DNA of 64,000 nt from an uncultured Solirubrobacteraceae bacterium (GTDB lineage: Bacteria > Actinomycetota > Thermoleophilia > Solirubrobacterales > Solirubrobacteraceae): positions 316,512 through 380,511 of the forward strand of contig CAWHAB010000010.1 of NCBI GenBank assembly GCA_963827105.1, in the 5' to 3' direction. The notes beneath the pieces are model-generated. The model was given only the letters and a program-made list of their open reading frames with translations. It was not told where the DNA came from and did not search any database. The position numbers and the translations under genes were made by a program. Positions 10,071 through 22,517 of the stretch are shown piece after piece (position 1 is the stretch's first letter; every line of letters begins with the position of its first letter).

Positions 10071-10985
10071 ATGGCCACCGATCGAGATCGCTCATCGCTG
10101 TCGCGCGACGCATATGCGAGCACCGTGCGCGAGGCTGAAAACAGCGTCCTGGAGACGCAGGATCACCACCCTCATCACGGCTACACACCTGACGCGTTCA
10201 GGCATTACATCCGCCAGCGCGCGCTGCTGTCGGCGCTCGACTCGATCAACTTCTCCAACGTCCTCGATGTCGGCTGCGCCGAGGGTTACTTCATGAAGGT
10301 GGTTCGCGATCGCTTCGACGCCGAGGTCTGGGGCGTCGATCTGTCGACGACCGCTCTGGCCAAGGCGCGCCAGCTGTACCGCTTCCCGGTGGCCGCGGCC
10401 GAGGCCACACACCTGCCCTTCGACGACGGGAGCTTTGACCTCGTGTTCTCTACGGAGGTGATCGAGCACGTGCTCGACCCGGAGCTGATGATCGCCGAGA
10501 TGCGCCGCGTCTCGCGGGGCACCGTGCTCGTCACCACGCCGGTCAGCCAGAGCGCGGATGAGCACGAGCCCGACTTCGACCTCCAGGCCGAGGGACACAT
10601 CAACGACTTCGACCCGACGACGGTGCGCCGCCTGTTCGGCCCCGAAGCCACGCTCGGCAGCTTCCGCTGCAACGCGACACTGGCGATGGTCGTGGGCGTC
10701 GGTCGACACCTCCCGCAGGGAGCCCGTGACGCCTTCTACGGCCTCGACCACGCCGTCTCACAGCGGTGGGGCTCGCCCACGCACCGACTCAAGCCGCTGC
10801 GCAACCGCGACTGGCTGATCACCGTCCCCGGCAGCGGCCACGGTGAGGGCGCGCTCGAGTGGCGCTGCCCAAACTGCCGCGCGACGTTCGCCCAGGAGCC
10901 CGAGCAGCTGCGCTGTACCAGCTGTGGCAACAGCTACGCCATGACAGGCGACGTCCCCGACTTCTTCAAGGCGCTCGAGGCGTAA
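10071..10985 (+). CDS. Class I SAM-dependent methyltransferase with C-terminal Trm112-like zinc ribbon
   Basis: VLDVGCAEG and LPFDDGSFDLVFSTEVIEHV. C-terminal CPNC...CTSCGNSYAMTGDVPDF. Confidence 0.88.
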   Translation: MATDRDRSSLSRDAYASTVREAENSVLETQDHHPHHGYTPDAFRHYIRQRALLSALDSINFSNVLDVGCAEGYFMKVVRDRFDAEVWGVDLSTTALAKARQLYRFPVAAAEATHLPFDDGSFDLVFSTEVIEHVLDPELMIAEMRRVSRGTVLVTTPVSQSADEHEPDFDLQAEGHINDFDPTTVRRLFGPEATLGSFRCNATLAMVVGVGRHLPQGARDAFYGLDHAVSQRWGSPTHRLKPLRNRDWLITVPGSGHGEGALEWRCPNCRATFAQEPEQLRCTSCGNSYAMTGDVPDFFKALEA

Positions 10986-11007
10986 CGCCGGTCCGGCGCG
11001 CTTCCTC

Positions 11008-12414
11008 CTATCCCGGTGCGAACTCCCGCGCTGCCGCCGTGGCATCGCCCGCCGGCAATTGAGCGCCACTGCCCGCTTCCCCGCGCGCCCGTGCTTCGGG
11101 GGCGAGCGAGCTCTGCCCCGTCCCCGTGCTGATGCCCGAGGCCGCCGCTCGCGGCGCGGCGCGATGTCCCGCGGGGGCATTGAAGCGCGCGAGCGATGCT
11201 CCTGGCTCGCTCTCCGGTCCGAACTCGCGCCTGAGGAGGCGCGAGGGACTGAGCACGGGCGGCGCGGCGAGGTGATCGGCCGCGGGCGCGGGGAGCGAGG
11301 AGGGAGCGGCGATCGCCGGCTGATGCTGCTCGTTTGCCTCGGGTGCCGGTCGCGCCCGCGCTGACAGATGGGCTGGGTGCGGTCGGTGCACGAGCCCGCC
11401 TTCGCGGTCGAGGACGACACAGCCCGCCCCGACACCCAGCGCGAGCAGACATCCGACGGCGAGCTTGCCGGCGAGCCCGCCCGTGATCAGCCAGCCCCCA
11501 CCCGCGGCGCCCGAGGCGCCGGCCGCGCCGGCGGCCGGAACCGCACCGCCGAGTCCCTGCGCGAACCGGCCGCCGGTGTCTGCCGCGGCGCCCGTCGCCG
11601 CCCCCGCTCCGCGGCCGCTGCCTGCTGCTCCGAGGCGAGCCCCCTCGGCGAGTCGCGCAAGCACCCCCGCGGTGATTCCGTAGGGCAGGAACACCGGCGG
11701 CAGCGCCGCCGCCAGACCGCGCAACGAGGCGACGTACGCGCGACAGGCCGGGCACTCGCGGCTGTGCAGCAGCGCGAGCCTGTAGCGGCGACCATCGGGG
11801 TCCAGCACCCCGTAGGCGAAGCCGCGCATCAGCGAGCCCTGCTGCTCGCACCAGTCGCCCGCGCGGATCGCCGCCGCGAGCTCGCCGACCTTGCCCGCGA
11901 CGCCTGGGCGCCCCGCCCCGCGACCATCCATCAGGCGGCGCATGCACAGCTCGCTGACACCGAGGCGCGCGGCCGCCTCCGAGCGCGACAGGCCCTGCAG
12001 GTAGCAGAGCGTCGCCGCCTCGCGCTCGCGCCCGCTGAGGCGCGCACAGAGGCCCTCGAACAGCTGGCGCAGGCGCACGCGGTCGTCGAGGTCGGCGGCC
12101 AGGTCGCATTCCCGCGGCGGCGGCGCGCAGCGGCCCTGCGCACCGATCTGCGCGCGGTGCTCCTCGAGCGCACGGCGGAACGTCACGAGCGCGAGCCACG
12201 CCGACGGATTCGCGATCTCGCGACCATCGAGCGTGGCCGCGTACAGACCCTGCCAGGCCTGGGCGTAGCAGGCCTCGAGATCGCAGCCGTCGAGGCTCAC
12301 GCCCGCCGCGCGCAGGCGCGCGCGGGCAGCGCCGATGACCCGCCCGCGCAGCGCGTCGAACTCGCTCCGCAGCAGGCGCTCGGCGCGGTAGCGACGAAGG
12401 CTCAGCGGACTCAA
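11008..12414 (-). CDS. ECF-type sigma-70 factor fused to a zinc-binding (HxxxCxxC) domain, TM helix and low-complexity tail
   Basis: Region 2-like DLEACYAQAW...SAWLALVTFRRALE. Region 4 LSGREREAATLCYLQGLSRSEAAARLGVS. HSRECPAC motif and hydrophobic LAVGCLLALGVGAGCVVL. Confidence 0.82.
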   Translation of the reverse strand: MSPLSLRRYRAERLLRSEFDALRGRVIGAARARLRAAGVSLDGCDLEACYAQAWQGLYAATLDGREIANPSAWLALVTFRRALEEHRAQIGAQGRCAPPPRECDLAADLDDRVRLRQLFEGLCARLSGREREAATLCYLQGLSRSEAAARLGVSELCMRRLMDGRGAGRPGVAGKVGELAAAIRAGDWCEQQGSLMRGFAYGVLDPDGRRYRLALLHSRECPACRAYVASLRGLAAALPPVFLPYGITAGVLARLAEGARLGAAGSGRGAGAATGAAADTGGRFAQGLGGAVPAAGAAGASGAAGGGWLITGGLAGKLAVGCLLALGVGAGCVVLDREGGLVHRPHPAHLSARARPAPEANEQHQPAIAAPSSLPAPAADHLAAPPVLSPSRLLRREFGPESEPGASLARFNAPAGHRAAPRAAASGISTGTGQSSLAPEARARGEAGSGAQLPAGDATAAAREFAPG

Positions 12415-12457
12415 TTCGCGCGCACACTACGAAATCCCGCCAGGCGGAGAGATTTGG

Positions 12458-13525
12458 TTATGTGGTGCTTGCGAACATTTCGATCTGGCGCAGGCTGACC
12501 GCGCGCATGTCAGCCCCGCGCAGGTGCGCACGGTGCCATTTGACGGCCGCAGCGAGGCCGTCGCCGAGATCCCATCGCGGGCGCCAGCCGAGTCTGCTTT
12601 CAGCCGCGTCTGAATCGAGCTCGAGATGCGTCGCCTCCGGCGGGTGCTCGGCCCCGTCGAGCTGCCAGCGCAGCGCCCCCTCCCACAGCTCGGCGAGACG
12701 CGTGACGATCCAGCTCACCGTGCGGGCGTCGCCGGCCGCCGGCCCGAAGTTCCACGCCCTCGCCGCATCGCCGCCGCGACACAGCGCCTGCGCGAGCTGC
12801 AGGTAGCCGCTCAGCGGGTTGAGCACGTGCTGCCACGGCCGCACAGCGCGAGGATTGCGGACCTTCAGCGGCTGACCGCTCTGCACCGAGCGCACGACGT
12901 CGGCCAGCAGCCTGTCCTCGCCCCAGTCGCCGCCGCCGAGCACGTTGCCCGCGCGCGCGGTCGCCACGCGCGCGGAGCCGGCCGCGGAGAAGTAGGAGCG
13001 TCGGTACGCCGCGGCGAGAAGCTCGGCGCAGGCCTTCGAGCTCGAGTACGGGTCGTCTCCCCCGAGCGCATCGCGCTCGATGAACGGCCTCGTCGCCGCC
13101 GCGGAGTTCTCGTAGCACTTGTCCGACGTCACGAGCACGACCGCGCGCACGCCCGCCGCGCTCGTGCGCACCGCGTCGAGCACGTTCGCGGTGCCCATCA
13201 CGTTCACCTCGTACGTCAGCAACGGGTCGCGCAGCGACCGCCTCACCATCGGCTGCGCGGCAAGATGGAAGATGATCTCCGGGGCGGCCTCGGCGACGAC
13301 CTGGCGAACCGCGTCGGAGTCGCGCACGTCGAGCGTGTGCCCGCGCATGTGGGCGCCGACCCCGGCCAGCTCGAACGCACACGGGCTCGCGAGCGGGCCG
13401 GCGGATGCGCCTGTCACGTCGGCGCCCAGCGCCTGCAGCCACAGCGACAGCCACGCCCCCTTGAAGCCGGTGTGGCCGGTGACGAGCACCCGCCGCTGAG
13501 TCCAGAAGTCGGGGTCGATCGCCAC
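12458..13525 (-). CDS. rfbG: CDP-glucose 4,6-dehydratase
   Basis: FWTQRRVLVTGHTGFKGAWL, HLAAQPMVR, VTSDKCYEN, DPYSSSKAC, ARAGNVLGGGDW, RPWQHVLNPLSGY. Start codon uncertain. Confidence 0.93.
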   Translation of the reverse strand: MAIDPDFWTQRRVLVTGHTGFKGAWLSLWLQALGADVTGASAGPLASPCAFELAGVGAHMRGHTLDVRDSDAVRQVVAEAAPEIIFHLAAQPMVRRSLRDPLLTYEVNVMGTANVLDAVRTSAAGVRAVVLVTSDKCYENSAAATRPFIERDALGGDDPYSSSKACAELLAAAYRRSYFSAAGSARVATARAGNVLGGGDWGEDRLLADVVRSVQSGQPLKVRNPRAVRPWQHVLNPLSGYLQLAQALCRGGDAARAWNFGPAAGDARTVSWIVTRLAELWEGALRWQLDGAEHPPEATHLELDSDAAESRLGWRPRWDLGDGLAAAVKWHRAHLRGADMRAVSLRQIEMFASTT

Positions 13526-13564
13526 GAGGACAGGTATCTTCACGCAATCCATGCAGCCGCGCAC

Positions 13565-14362
13565 GTGAGCCCCGCCGGATCGCCCCTGCCCGCTGCGCCC
13601 GGGCGCGTGTCGATACTCGGCGTTCCGCTCGCCGTGTCCGACTACGAGGAGGTGCTCGAGTGGATGGAGGCGATGATCGCCGCCGACGCGCGCGGCTACG
13701 TCACGGCCGCGGCGGTCAACCTCGTGATGCTCGCGCGCGAGCAGCCCGAGACGCGGGCGGCGGTGCTCGGCGCGACGCTCGCCGTGCCCGACGGCCAACC
13801 GCTCGTGTGGGCGCTGCACGCGCTCGGCCACAAGCGCGCGACCCGCGTCTACGGACCCGATCTGATGGCGATGTTCTGCGCGCGCGCGGCGCGCACCGGC
13901 ACGCCGATGTTCCTCTACGGCGGCCGTACACCGGCGGCGCTCGCGCTGCTCGAACAGCGCCTGCGCGAGCGCTTCCCGGGCATTCGCATCGTCGGCGGCT
14001 ACTCGCCGCCGTTCCGCGCGCTCAGCGCGCAGGAGGATGAGCAGGTCCGCGACGCGATCGCGGCCTCCGGCGCACAGGTCGTGTGGGTCGGCACCGGGCA
14101 GCCCAAGCAGGAGCGATGGATGCTGCGCATGCGCCCGCTCCTCGGGGCGCCCCTGCTCGTCGGCGTCGGCGCGGCATTCGACTTCCACGCCGGCCTCGTC
14201 TCGCAGGCGCCGGCGTGGATGCAGCGCAACGGCCTCGAGTGGGCGTACCGCCTGTCACGCGAGCCGCGGCGCCTGTGGAGGCGCTATGCGCGCTACAACC
14301 CGCTGTTCATCGCCTGCTTCCTGCGCCAGTACGTGCGCGATCGCGCGCAGCGGCACGCCTGA
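13565..14362 (+). CDS. WecB/TagA/CpsF family glycosyltransferase (GT26)
   Basis: VPDGQPLVW, RVYGPDLM, VWVGTGQPKQERW, GVGAAFDF, APAWMQRNGLEWAYRLSREPRRLWRRY. Confidence 0.95.
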   Translation: MSPAGSPLPAAPGRVSILGVPLAVSDYEEVLEWMEAMIAADARGYVTAAAVNLVMLAREQPETRAAVLGATLAVPDGQPLVWALHALGHKRATRVYGPDLMAMFCARAARTGTPMFLYGGRTPAALALLEQRLRERFPGIRIVGGYSPPFRALSAQEDEQVRDAIAASGAQVVWVGTGQPKQERWMLRMRPLLGAPLLVGVGAAFDFHAGLVSQAPAWMQRNGLEWAYRLSREPRRLWRRYARYNPLFIACFLRQYVRDRAQRHA

Positions 14363-14430
14363 TCGCTACGCTGCCCGGGCACGCGCAAGGCGACCGGCGC
14401 CGCGCGTGCGCCGCTAACCTGCTGCGTTGG

Positions 14431-15701
14431 ATGACCTCTTCGCAGAGCACCGCCGACGTCGCGGTCGTCGGCCTTGGCCGCGTCGGGTTGCCGCTCGCGC
14501 TGTCGTTCGCCGATCGCGGCCTGAACGTGATCGGGGTCGACAACGACCCCGCGCGGCTCGGCGCCGTGCGCGAAGGGCGGATGCCGTTCGTCGAGACCGA
14601 CGCGCAGGCGCTGCTCGAGCGCGTGCACGCCGGCGGGCGCCTGACGCTGTCCGAGCGGGTCGCCGACGCGGCCGGCGCGCGCCAGATCGTGCTCACGCTC
14701 GGGACGCCGTCGTTCTCGCACATCGAGATCGACATGCGCGACATCCGCTCGGCGCTCGACGACCTGCTCGGCGTGCTCACCGCCGGCCACTCGCTGATCC
14801 TGCGCTCGACCGTCGCGCCCGGCACGACGGAGTTCGTCGCCGGCTACCTGCGCAAGCACCGCGGCTTTCAGATCGGCGAGGAGGTGTTCGTCGCACACGC
14901 CCCCGAGCGCATCGCCGCCGGACGCTTCCTGCGCGAGATCGACACGCTGCCGTGCATCATCGGCGGCGTCGGCGCGCGCTCGGGCGAGGTCGTCGCCGAG
15001 CTGTTCGGCGTCTTCGCGGCACCGATCGTGCAGACCACGCCGGTGCAGGCCGAGCTCGCGAAGATCTGGGCGAACATCCTGCGCTACACCCATTTCGCGC
15101 TGCCCAACCTGCTGATGATGGACTGCGAGCGCTATGCGGCGAACGTGTTCGAGGTGATCGACCTGATCAACCGCGACTACCCGCGCGGCGGGATCGCCCA
15201 GCCGGGCCTGACCGCGGGGACATGCCTGCGCAAGGACTTCACGTTCTCGGAGGAGCGCTCGGCCGCGCCGGGGATGCTGCTCGCCGTCTCGCGCGTCAAC
15301 GAGTCGGTGCCGCTGTTCCTGATCGAAGGGGCGCGGCGGCGCCTCGGCGGGCTCGCCGACCGCAAGGTCGCCGTGCTCGGCCTCGCCTTCAAGGCCGACA
15401 CCGACGACGAGCGCGACTCGCTCGCGCACAAGCTGATCCGGCTGCTCGAGCGCGAGCTCGCGGATGTCGTCGCCCACGACCCGCACGTGCCGACGCCGAC
15501 CCCCTCGCTGGCCGAGGCGATCGACGGCGCCGAGCTGGTGATCGTCGCCGCCAACCACTCCGAGTTCCGCGACCCGCGCACGCTCGCGGCGATCGCCGAG
15601 CACGCAGGCGCGGACTGCCTGATCGTCGATCCGTGGAACTGCTGGGGCGCCGCGCAGGTGTTCGCCTACGCCGCCGAGCTTGCCGCCCTCGGCGCGGTCG
15701 G

Positions 15702-15705
<4 letters not shown>
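14431..15705 (+). CDS. Nucleotide-sugar dehydrogenase (UDP-ManNAc/GlcNAc dehydrogenase family)
   Basis: VAVVGLGRVGLP, LRSTVAPGTT, HAPERI, AELAKIWAN, catalytic GTCLRKD, LGLAFKADTDDERDS. Confidence 0.93.
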
Positions 15706-17674
<1,969 letters not shown>

Positions 17675-17678
17675 GCCG

Positions 17679-18758
17679 ATGGCGGTGCCGCTGTTCGACA
17701 CCTCGACGCCGCTCGCGGAGCTGCGCGATGAGCTGCGCGCGGCGGTCTCCAGGGTGCTCGATTCAGAGCGCTACATCCTCGGCCCCGAGGTCGACGCGTT
17801 CGAGCGGGAGTTCGCCGCGCACTGTGGCGCCGCACACGCCGTCGGCGTCGCCAACGGCACCGAGGCGATCACGATCGCGCTGCGCGCGATGGGTGTCGGT
17901 CCGGGCGATGAGGTGGTGGTGCCGTCGTTCACGTTCTACGCATCCGCTGAGGCGATCCCGCCGACCGGCGCGACGCCGGTCTTCTGCGACATCGACCCGG
18001 ACACCTACTGTGTCACCGCCGAGACGGTGCACGCCGCGCTCACGCCGAGGACCAAGGCGGTGATCGCGGTGCACCTGTTCGGCAACGTCGCGCCGGTCGC
18101 CGAGATCGAGGCGCTCGGGGTGCCGGTGCTCGAGGACGCCGCGCAGGCCGCCGGCTCGACCGCCGGCGATCGGCGGCCGGGGTCGCTCGGGACGGCGGCG
18201 ACGTTCTCGTTCTTCCCGTCGAAGAACCTCGGCTGCTTCGGCGACGGCGGGCTCATCACGACTCGCGATCACGATCTCGCCGAACGCGTGCGCACGCTGC
18301 GCTTCCATGGCTCACGCGACAAGATCAGCTACGAGCAGGTCGGCTACAACTCGCGCCTCGACGAGCTGCAGGCGGCGATCCTGCGCGTCCAGCTGCCGCA
18401 CCTCGACGGCTGGGCCGACGGCCGCCGCCGGGCGGCCGAGCACTACCGCGAAGCGGGGCTCGGAGAGTTGCTGACGCTGCCCCGGGCGGTCCCCGGCTGC
18501 GCGCCGGCATGGCACCTGTACGTCGTCGGCGACAGCGATGTCGAGCGTCTGGAAGGCGCGCTGGCGCGCGCGGGCATCGGGCACAAGGCCTATTACCGCA
18601 CGCCCGTGCATCGCCAGCCGCCGATGCGCACGTGGGCCGCCGGGGTCGAGCTGCCGGCGACCGAGCGGGCGGCGCAGCGGCATCTGGCGATCCCGATCAG
18701 TCCGCTGCTCACGCGCGCCCAGGCGGATGAGGTCGTCGCGGCCGTGCGAGCGCCGTAA
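17679..18758 (+). CDS. DegT/DnrJ/EryC1/StrS family sugar aminotransferase
   Basis: GVANGTEA, EDAAQAAG, FSFFPSKNLGCFGDGG, GYNSRLDELQAAIL. Confidence 0.96.
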   Translation: MAVPLFDTSTPLAELRDELRAAVSRVLDSERYILGPEVDAFEREFAAHCGAAHAVGVANGTEAITIALRAMGVGPGDEVVVPSFTFYASAEAIPPTGATPVFCDIDPDTYCVTAETVHAALTPRTKAVIAVHLFGNVAPVAEIEALGVPVLEDAAQAAGSTAGDRRPGSLGTAATFSFFPSKNLGCFGDGGLITTRDHDLAERVRTLRFHGSRDKISYEQVGYNSRLDELQAAILRVQLPHLDGWADGRRRAAEHYREAGLGELLTLPRAVPGCAPAWHLYVVGDSDVERLEGALARAGIGHKAYYRTPVHRQPPMRTWAAGVELPATERAAQRHLAIPISPLLTRAQADEVVAAVRAP

Positions 18759-19243
18759 TGGATGCGCTCGAGGCCTTGCGCGCCGACTGGCGCGCAAACC
18801 GTCGCAACGGACGCTCGCTCGTGATCGTCACGCTGTTCAGGCTCGCGCAGGCCGTCAACACCGAGCGCCGGGACCTGCGGCCGCTGGCGTTTCCGATCCT
18901 CGCGACATACAAGCTGATCGTCGAATGGCTGCTGACGGTCGACCTGCCCGTGCGCACGCGCGTCGGCGGCGGGCTCACGCTGAACCATGCATATGGGATC
19001 GTCGTCCACCCCGACACGGTGATCGGCAGGAACTGCGTGTTGATTCAGGGCGTGACGATCGGCTACAGGTCCGGGCCGATCAGCGCACCGACGCTGGGCG
19101 ACGATGTGATGTTCGGCGCGAACGCGTGTGCGCTCGGGCCGATCCACATTGGCGACGGCGCGCGCATCGGCGCCGGTGCGGTCGTGCTGCAGGACGTCCC
19201 CGCCGGGGCGAGCGCGGTCGGCGTCCCTGCGCGGGTCGTGTAG
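18758..19243 (+). CDS. Serine O-acetyltransferase-like hexapeptide-repeat acetyltransferase (WcaB-like)
   Basis: HAYGIVVHPDTVIGRNCVLIQGVTIG...PTLGDDVMFGANACALGPIHIGDGARIGAGAVVLQDVP..GVPAR. Confidence 0.9.
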   Translation: MDALEALRADWRANRRNGRSLVIVTLFRLAQAVNTERRDLRPLAFPILATYKLIVEWLLTVDLPVRTRVGGGLTLNHAYGIVVHPDTVIGRNCVLIQGVTIGYRSGPISAPTLGDDVMFGANACALGPIHIGDGARIGAGAVVLQDVPAGASAVGVPARVV

Positions 19244-19349
19244 CCGCGCAGCGCGGGCGCCGGATGCTTTGCGGCCGGCCCGCCGGCGCGCGCTCGGCGC
19301 CACCCGGCAGCTCGCGCATCGCGCGCGAGGGTCAGCTCGCGGCGCAGCT

Positions 19350-20068
19350 TCAACGCCAGCGCTCGATCAGATCGGCCTGCTCAACCGTGCGAACCTGCCG
19401 CGCCGGCACTCCCATCACGACCGCGCGCGCCGGCACGTCCCGCGTGACCACCGCGCCGGCCGCCACGAACGCCTCCTCGCCGACCTCCACGCCGGGGGTG
19501 AGCACGACGCCGCCGCCGATCCGGCACGCGCGCCGCAGCGTCGCGCCGACGCAGGCGGTCTCGGCCCGTGTCGCGCCATCGTGTCATCGTTGGTCGTGCA
19601 CACGCCCGGACCGATGAAGACGTCGTCCTCGATGTGCGTGAACGCCGTCAGGTACACGTTCGTCTGCACACGCACGCGCGCGCCGACGCGGACGTCGTTG
19701 TCGACGACGCTGCCGCGCCCGATCACCGCGCGCTCACCGATCAGCGCGCGCTCGCGCACGAAGCACTGGTCGCCGAGGATCGTGCCCGCGCCGACGCGCG
19801 CGCCCGCGAACACGACCGCGCCGGTGCCGACGGCGGCGCCCGCTCCGAGCTCCAGCGCGCCGACGTCACCGTGCGCGAGCGAATGCCCGGCGAGCCGCGG
19901 ACGCTTGCCGAGGACCGCATGGTCCTCGATCGCGCAGCCCTCGCCGATCACCGTGCCGTCGTGGACGACCACGTAGGCGCCGAAGGAGACGTCCGCGCCG
20001 ACCCGCACGCCGGACCCGAGCAGCGGCCCCGGCGCGGCGCGCGCGTCGTCGCGCCCGATCCCGCTCAC
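19350..20068 (-). CDS. Hexapeptide-repeat N-acetyltransferase (WbpD-like), one frameshift near 19560
   Basis: Left-handed beta-helix repeats, [16 protein letters not shown]. The alternate frame continues [36 protein letters not shown]...VPAR to TGA at 19350. Confidence 0.88.
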
Positions 20069-21315
20069 AACCTGACTACGTTGGCAGCCTCGGAGCTGCG
20101 TGTGACGCCGCGCAGGTCGACGACGAGCCGCGCCCGCTGGCCGATCAGCTCGTGATCGACGCTCGGGTGCGCCGTCACGATCAGCGCCAGATCGGCGTCC
20201 GCGAGCAGCTCCTCGAGCGGCATGCTGTCAAGCCCGAACTCGGCCAGCGCAGGCACGTGCGGGTCGTGGTAGCGGACCTCGCCGCCGAGCTCGCGCAGCA
20301 GCGAGATGATCTTCAGCGCGGGCGACTCGCGCATGTCGCCGACGCCTGGCTTGTAGCTGACGCCGATGACCGCGACCCGCGCGCCTTTGACCGGCAGCCC
20401 GCGGTCGTTCAGCGCGCGCTGGACCTTCGCCACGCAGTGGTAGGGCATCTGCTGGTTGACGGTGCCGGCGAGCTCGATGAAGCCCGTCGTCATGTCGAAC
20501 TCGCGTGCGCGCCAGCTCAGATAGAACGGGTCCACCGGCAGGCAGTGCCCGCCCATGCCGGGCCCCGGCTCGAAGCGCATGAACCCGTAGGGCTTGCTCG
20601 CAGCCGCGTCGACGACCTCCCAGATGTCGATGCCCATGCGGTCGGTAAGCATCGCGAGCTCGTTGACGAGTGCGATGTTGACCGAGCGGAAGATGTTCTC
20701 GAGCAGCTTCGTCAGCTCCGCAGCCTCGGGGCTCGAGACCCGCACGAGGTGGTCGCAGACGATGCCGTAGAGCTCTTCGGCCAGCTCGGCGCAGGCGGGT
20801 GTCAGCCCGCCGAGCACCTTCGGCGTGTTGCGCAGCGTGAAGTCCGTGCGGCCGGGATCGACGCGCTCGGGCGAGAACGCGAGGTGGAAGTCGCGTCCGG
20901 CGGCGAGCCCCGACTCCTCGAGCAGCGGCGCGACGCGCCCGCGCGTCGTGCCCGGATAGGTGGTCGACTCGAGCACCACCAGCTGGTTGCACTGGAGCAC
21001 CTCGGCGAGCCCCCGCGCGGAGTCGATCAGCGGGCCGAGATCGGGCTCGCGGTTGCGCGTCAGCGGCGTCGGCACGCAGATCAGCACCGCGTCCGCCTTG
21101 GCCAGGCGCGAGTACCGGGTGCTCGCATGCAGGCGCTCGGCGACGGCCCGCAGGGCCTCGCCGGGGACGTCCTCGATGTAGGACTCGCCCCCCTCGATCG
21201 CCTCGATCTTGCGCGCATCGACATCGACCGCGATCACCTCGCAGCCCTCCTGCGCGAATGCGACCGCCAGCGGCAAGCCGACATAGCCGAGCCCGATGAC
21301 CCCTACGGTCTTCAC
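20065..21315 (-). CDS. Nucleotide-sugar dehydrogenase (WbpA-like UDP-GlcNAc 6-dehydrogenase)
   Basis: VGVIGLGYVGLPLA, CVPTPL, LESTTYPGTT, FSPERVDPG, KLLENIFRSVNIALVNE, GGHCLPVDP. Confidence 0.94.
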   Translation of the reverse strand: MKTVGVIGLGYVGLPLAVAFAQEGCEVIAVDVDARKIEAIEGGESYIEDVPGEALRAVAERLHASTRYSRLAKADAVLICVPTPLTRNREPDLGPLIDSARGLAEVLQCNQLVVLESTTYPGTTRGRVAPLLEESGLAAGRDFHLAFSPERVDPGRTDFTLRNTPKVLGGLTPACAELAEELYGIVCDHLVRVSSPEAAELTKLLENIFRSVNIALVNELAMLTDRMGIDIWEVVDAAASKPYGFMRFEPGPGMGGHCLPVDPFYLSWRAREFDMTTGFIELAGTVNQQMPYHCVAKVQRALNDRGLPVKGARVAVIGVSYKPGVGDMRESPALKIISLLRELGGEVRYHDPHVPALAEFGLDSMPLEELLADADLALIVTAHPSVDHELIGQRARLVVDLRGVTRSSEAANVVRL

Positions 21316-21355
21316 AGGCTCGCAGTGTAGGGCCTGGCCGGGACGGGCCAGCAGC

Positions 21356-22486
21356 TCACGCGCCCGGCTCGCGGCCGTCGTAGATGGAGGCGAGCGCGGC
21401 CGCGACGACCTCCGGAGCGCAGCGCGCGCGGACCCGCTCGAGACCTCGCTCGCCCGCCGCGCGGTCCCCCGCCAGCCGCGCGATCGCGGCGGCCAGCGCG
21501 CCGGCGTCGCCGGGAGCGACGAGCGCGTCCTCCTCGAGCAGCTCGCCGAGCGCGCCGACACGGCTGGCGACGACCGGCAGCCCGGCGGCCATCGCCTCCG
21601 CGACCGCGAGCCCGAATGTCTCGGCCGAGCGCGAGGGGGCGAGCGCGATCGCCGCACGCGCCCGCAGCGCCGACAGCTCGGCGCCCTCGACGCGGCCGAG
21701 GAAGCGCACCTCGCCTCCTCCCGCGCGCGCTTCGAGCGCCGCGCGCTCGGGCCCGTCGCCGGCGATCAGCAGCGGGATGCCGGCGATGCGGCAGGCATCG
21801 AGCGCGACGTCCACGCCCTTCTCGCGCGACAGGCGCGAGACGACCAGCGCATAGGACTCCGCCGCCGAGCTCGGCGCCTCCGCTCGCGCGGGCGCGGCGA
21901 CCGGCGGCGGCAGCACGTGCACGCGCGCGGCCGGCAGCGGCGCCCCGAGCTCGCACAGGCGCCGGCCGGCGAAGCGGCTGGGGACGATCACGGCGTCGGC
22001 CTGCGCGAGCAACCGCTGCTGCCACAGCGCCAGCGAGGCCGCGTAGGCGGCCGCCTCGGGCAGGCTGCCACGGCAGTTGCGCAGCACGCCCGGAAGCGTG
22101 TTGCGCCCGCTGCAGCGCGTGCACTCGGCGCCGCGCGTGAAGCAGACTCCGGTCGCGCACACGAGCCGATACTGGTGCAGGTGCAGCACGACGCGCGCGC
22201 CGGCCGCGCGCGCGGCGGCGAGCGAGCGCCAGCCGAGCGACGGCTGGATGTTGTGCGCGTGGACGACGCGGGCGCCGCTGCGGCGCACCGCACGCGTCAC
22301 CTCGGCCGGCTCGAGGCCGCCGCGCAGCAGGCCGATCGCGGCGCGCCCGCGCCCGAGCGCGGCCGAGTCGCGCGCCAGCAGCTCCGCCGGCTCGCCCAGC
22401 TGCTCGCGCACGAGCGCCAGCAGGTCCGCGACGACACGCTCCTCGCCGCCGGTCGTGCGGTAGCGGTTGTGCATGAACAGAACCAT
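21356..22486 (-). CDS. Glycosyltransferase family 4
   Basis: HNRYRTTGGEERVV, VHAHNI, SRLSREKG, ETFGLAVAEAMAAGLPVV. Confidence 0.93.
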   Translation of the reverse strand: MVLFMHNRYRTTGGEERVVADLLALVREQLGEPAELLARDSAALGRGRAAIGLLRGGLEPAEVTRAVRRSGARVVHAHNIQPSLGWRSLAAARAAGARVVLHLHQYRLVCATGVCFTRGAECTRCSGRNTLPGVLRNCRGSLPEAAAYAASLALWQQRLLAQADAVIVPSRFAGRRLCELGAPLPAARVHVLPPPVAAPARAEAPSSAAESYALVVSRLSREKGVDVALDACRIAGIPLLIAGDGPERAALEARAGGGEVRFLGRVEGAELSALRARAAIALAPSRSAETFGLAVAEAMAAGLPVVASRVGALGELLEEDALVAPGDAGALAAAIARLAGDRAAGERGLERVRARCAPEVVAAALASIYDGREPGA

Positions 22487-22517
22487 CGCCGCTTCAAACC
22501 TAGACTCTCTGGCAGCC

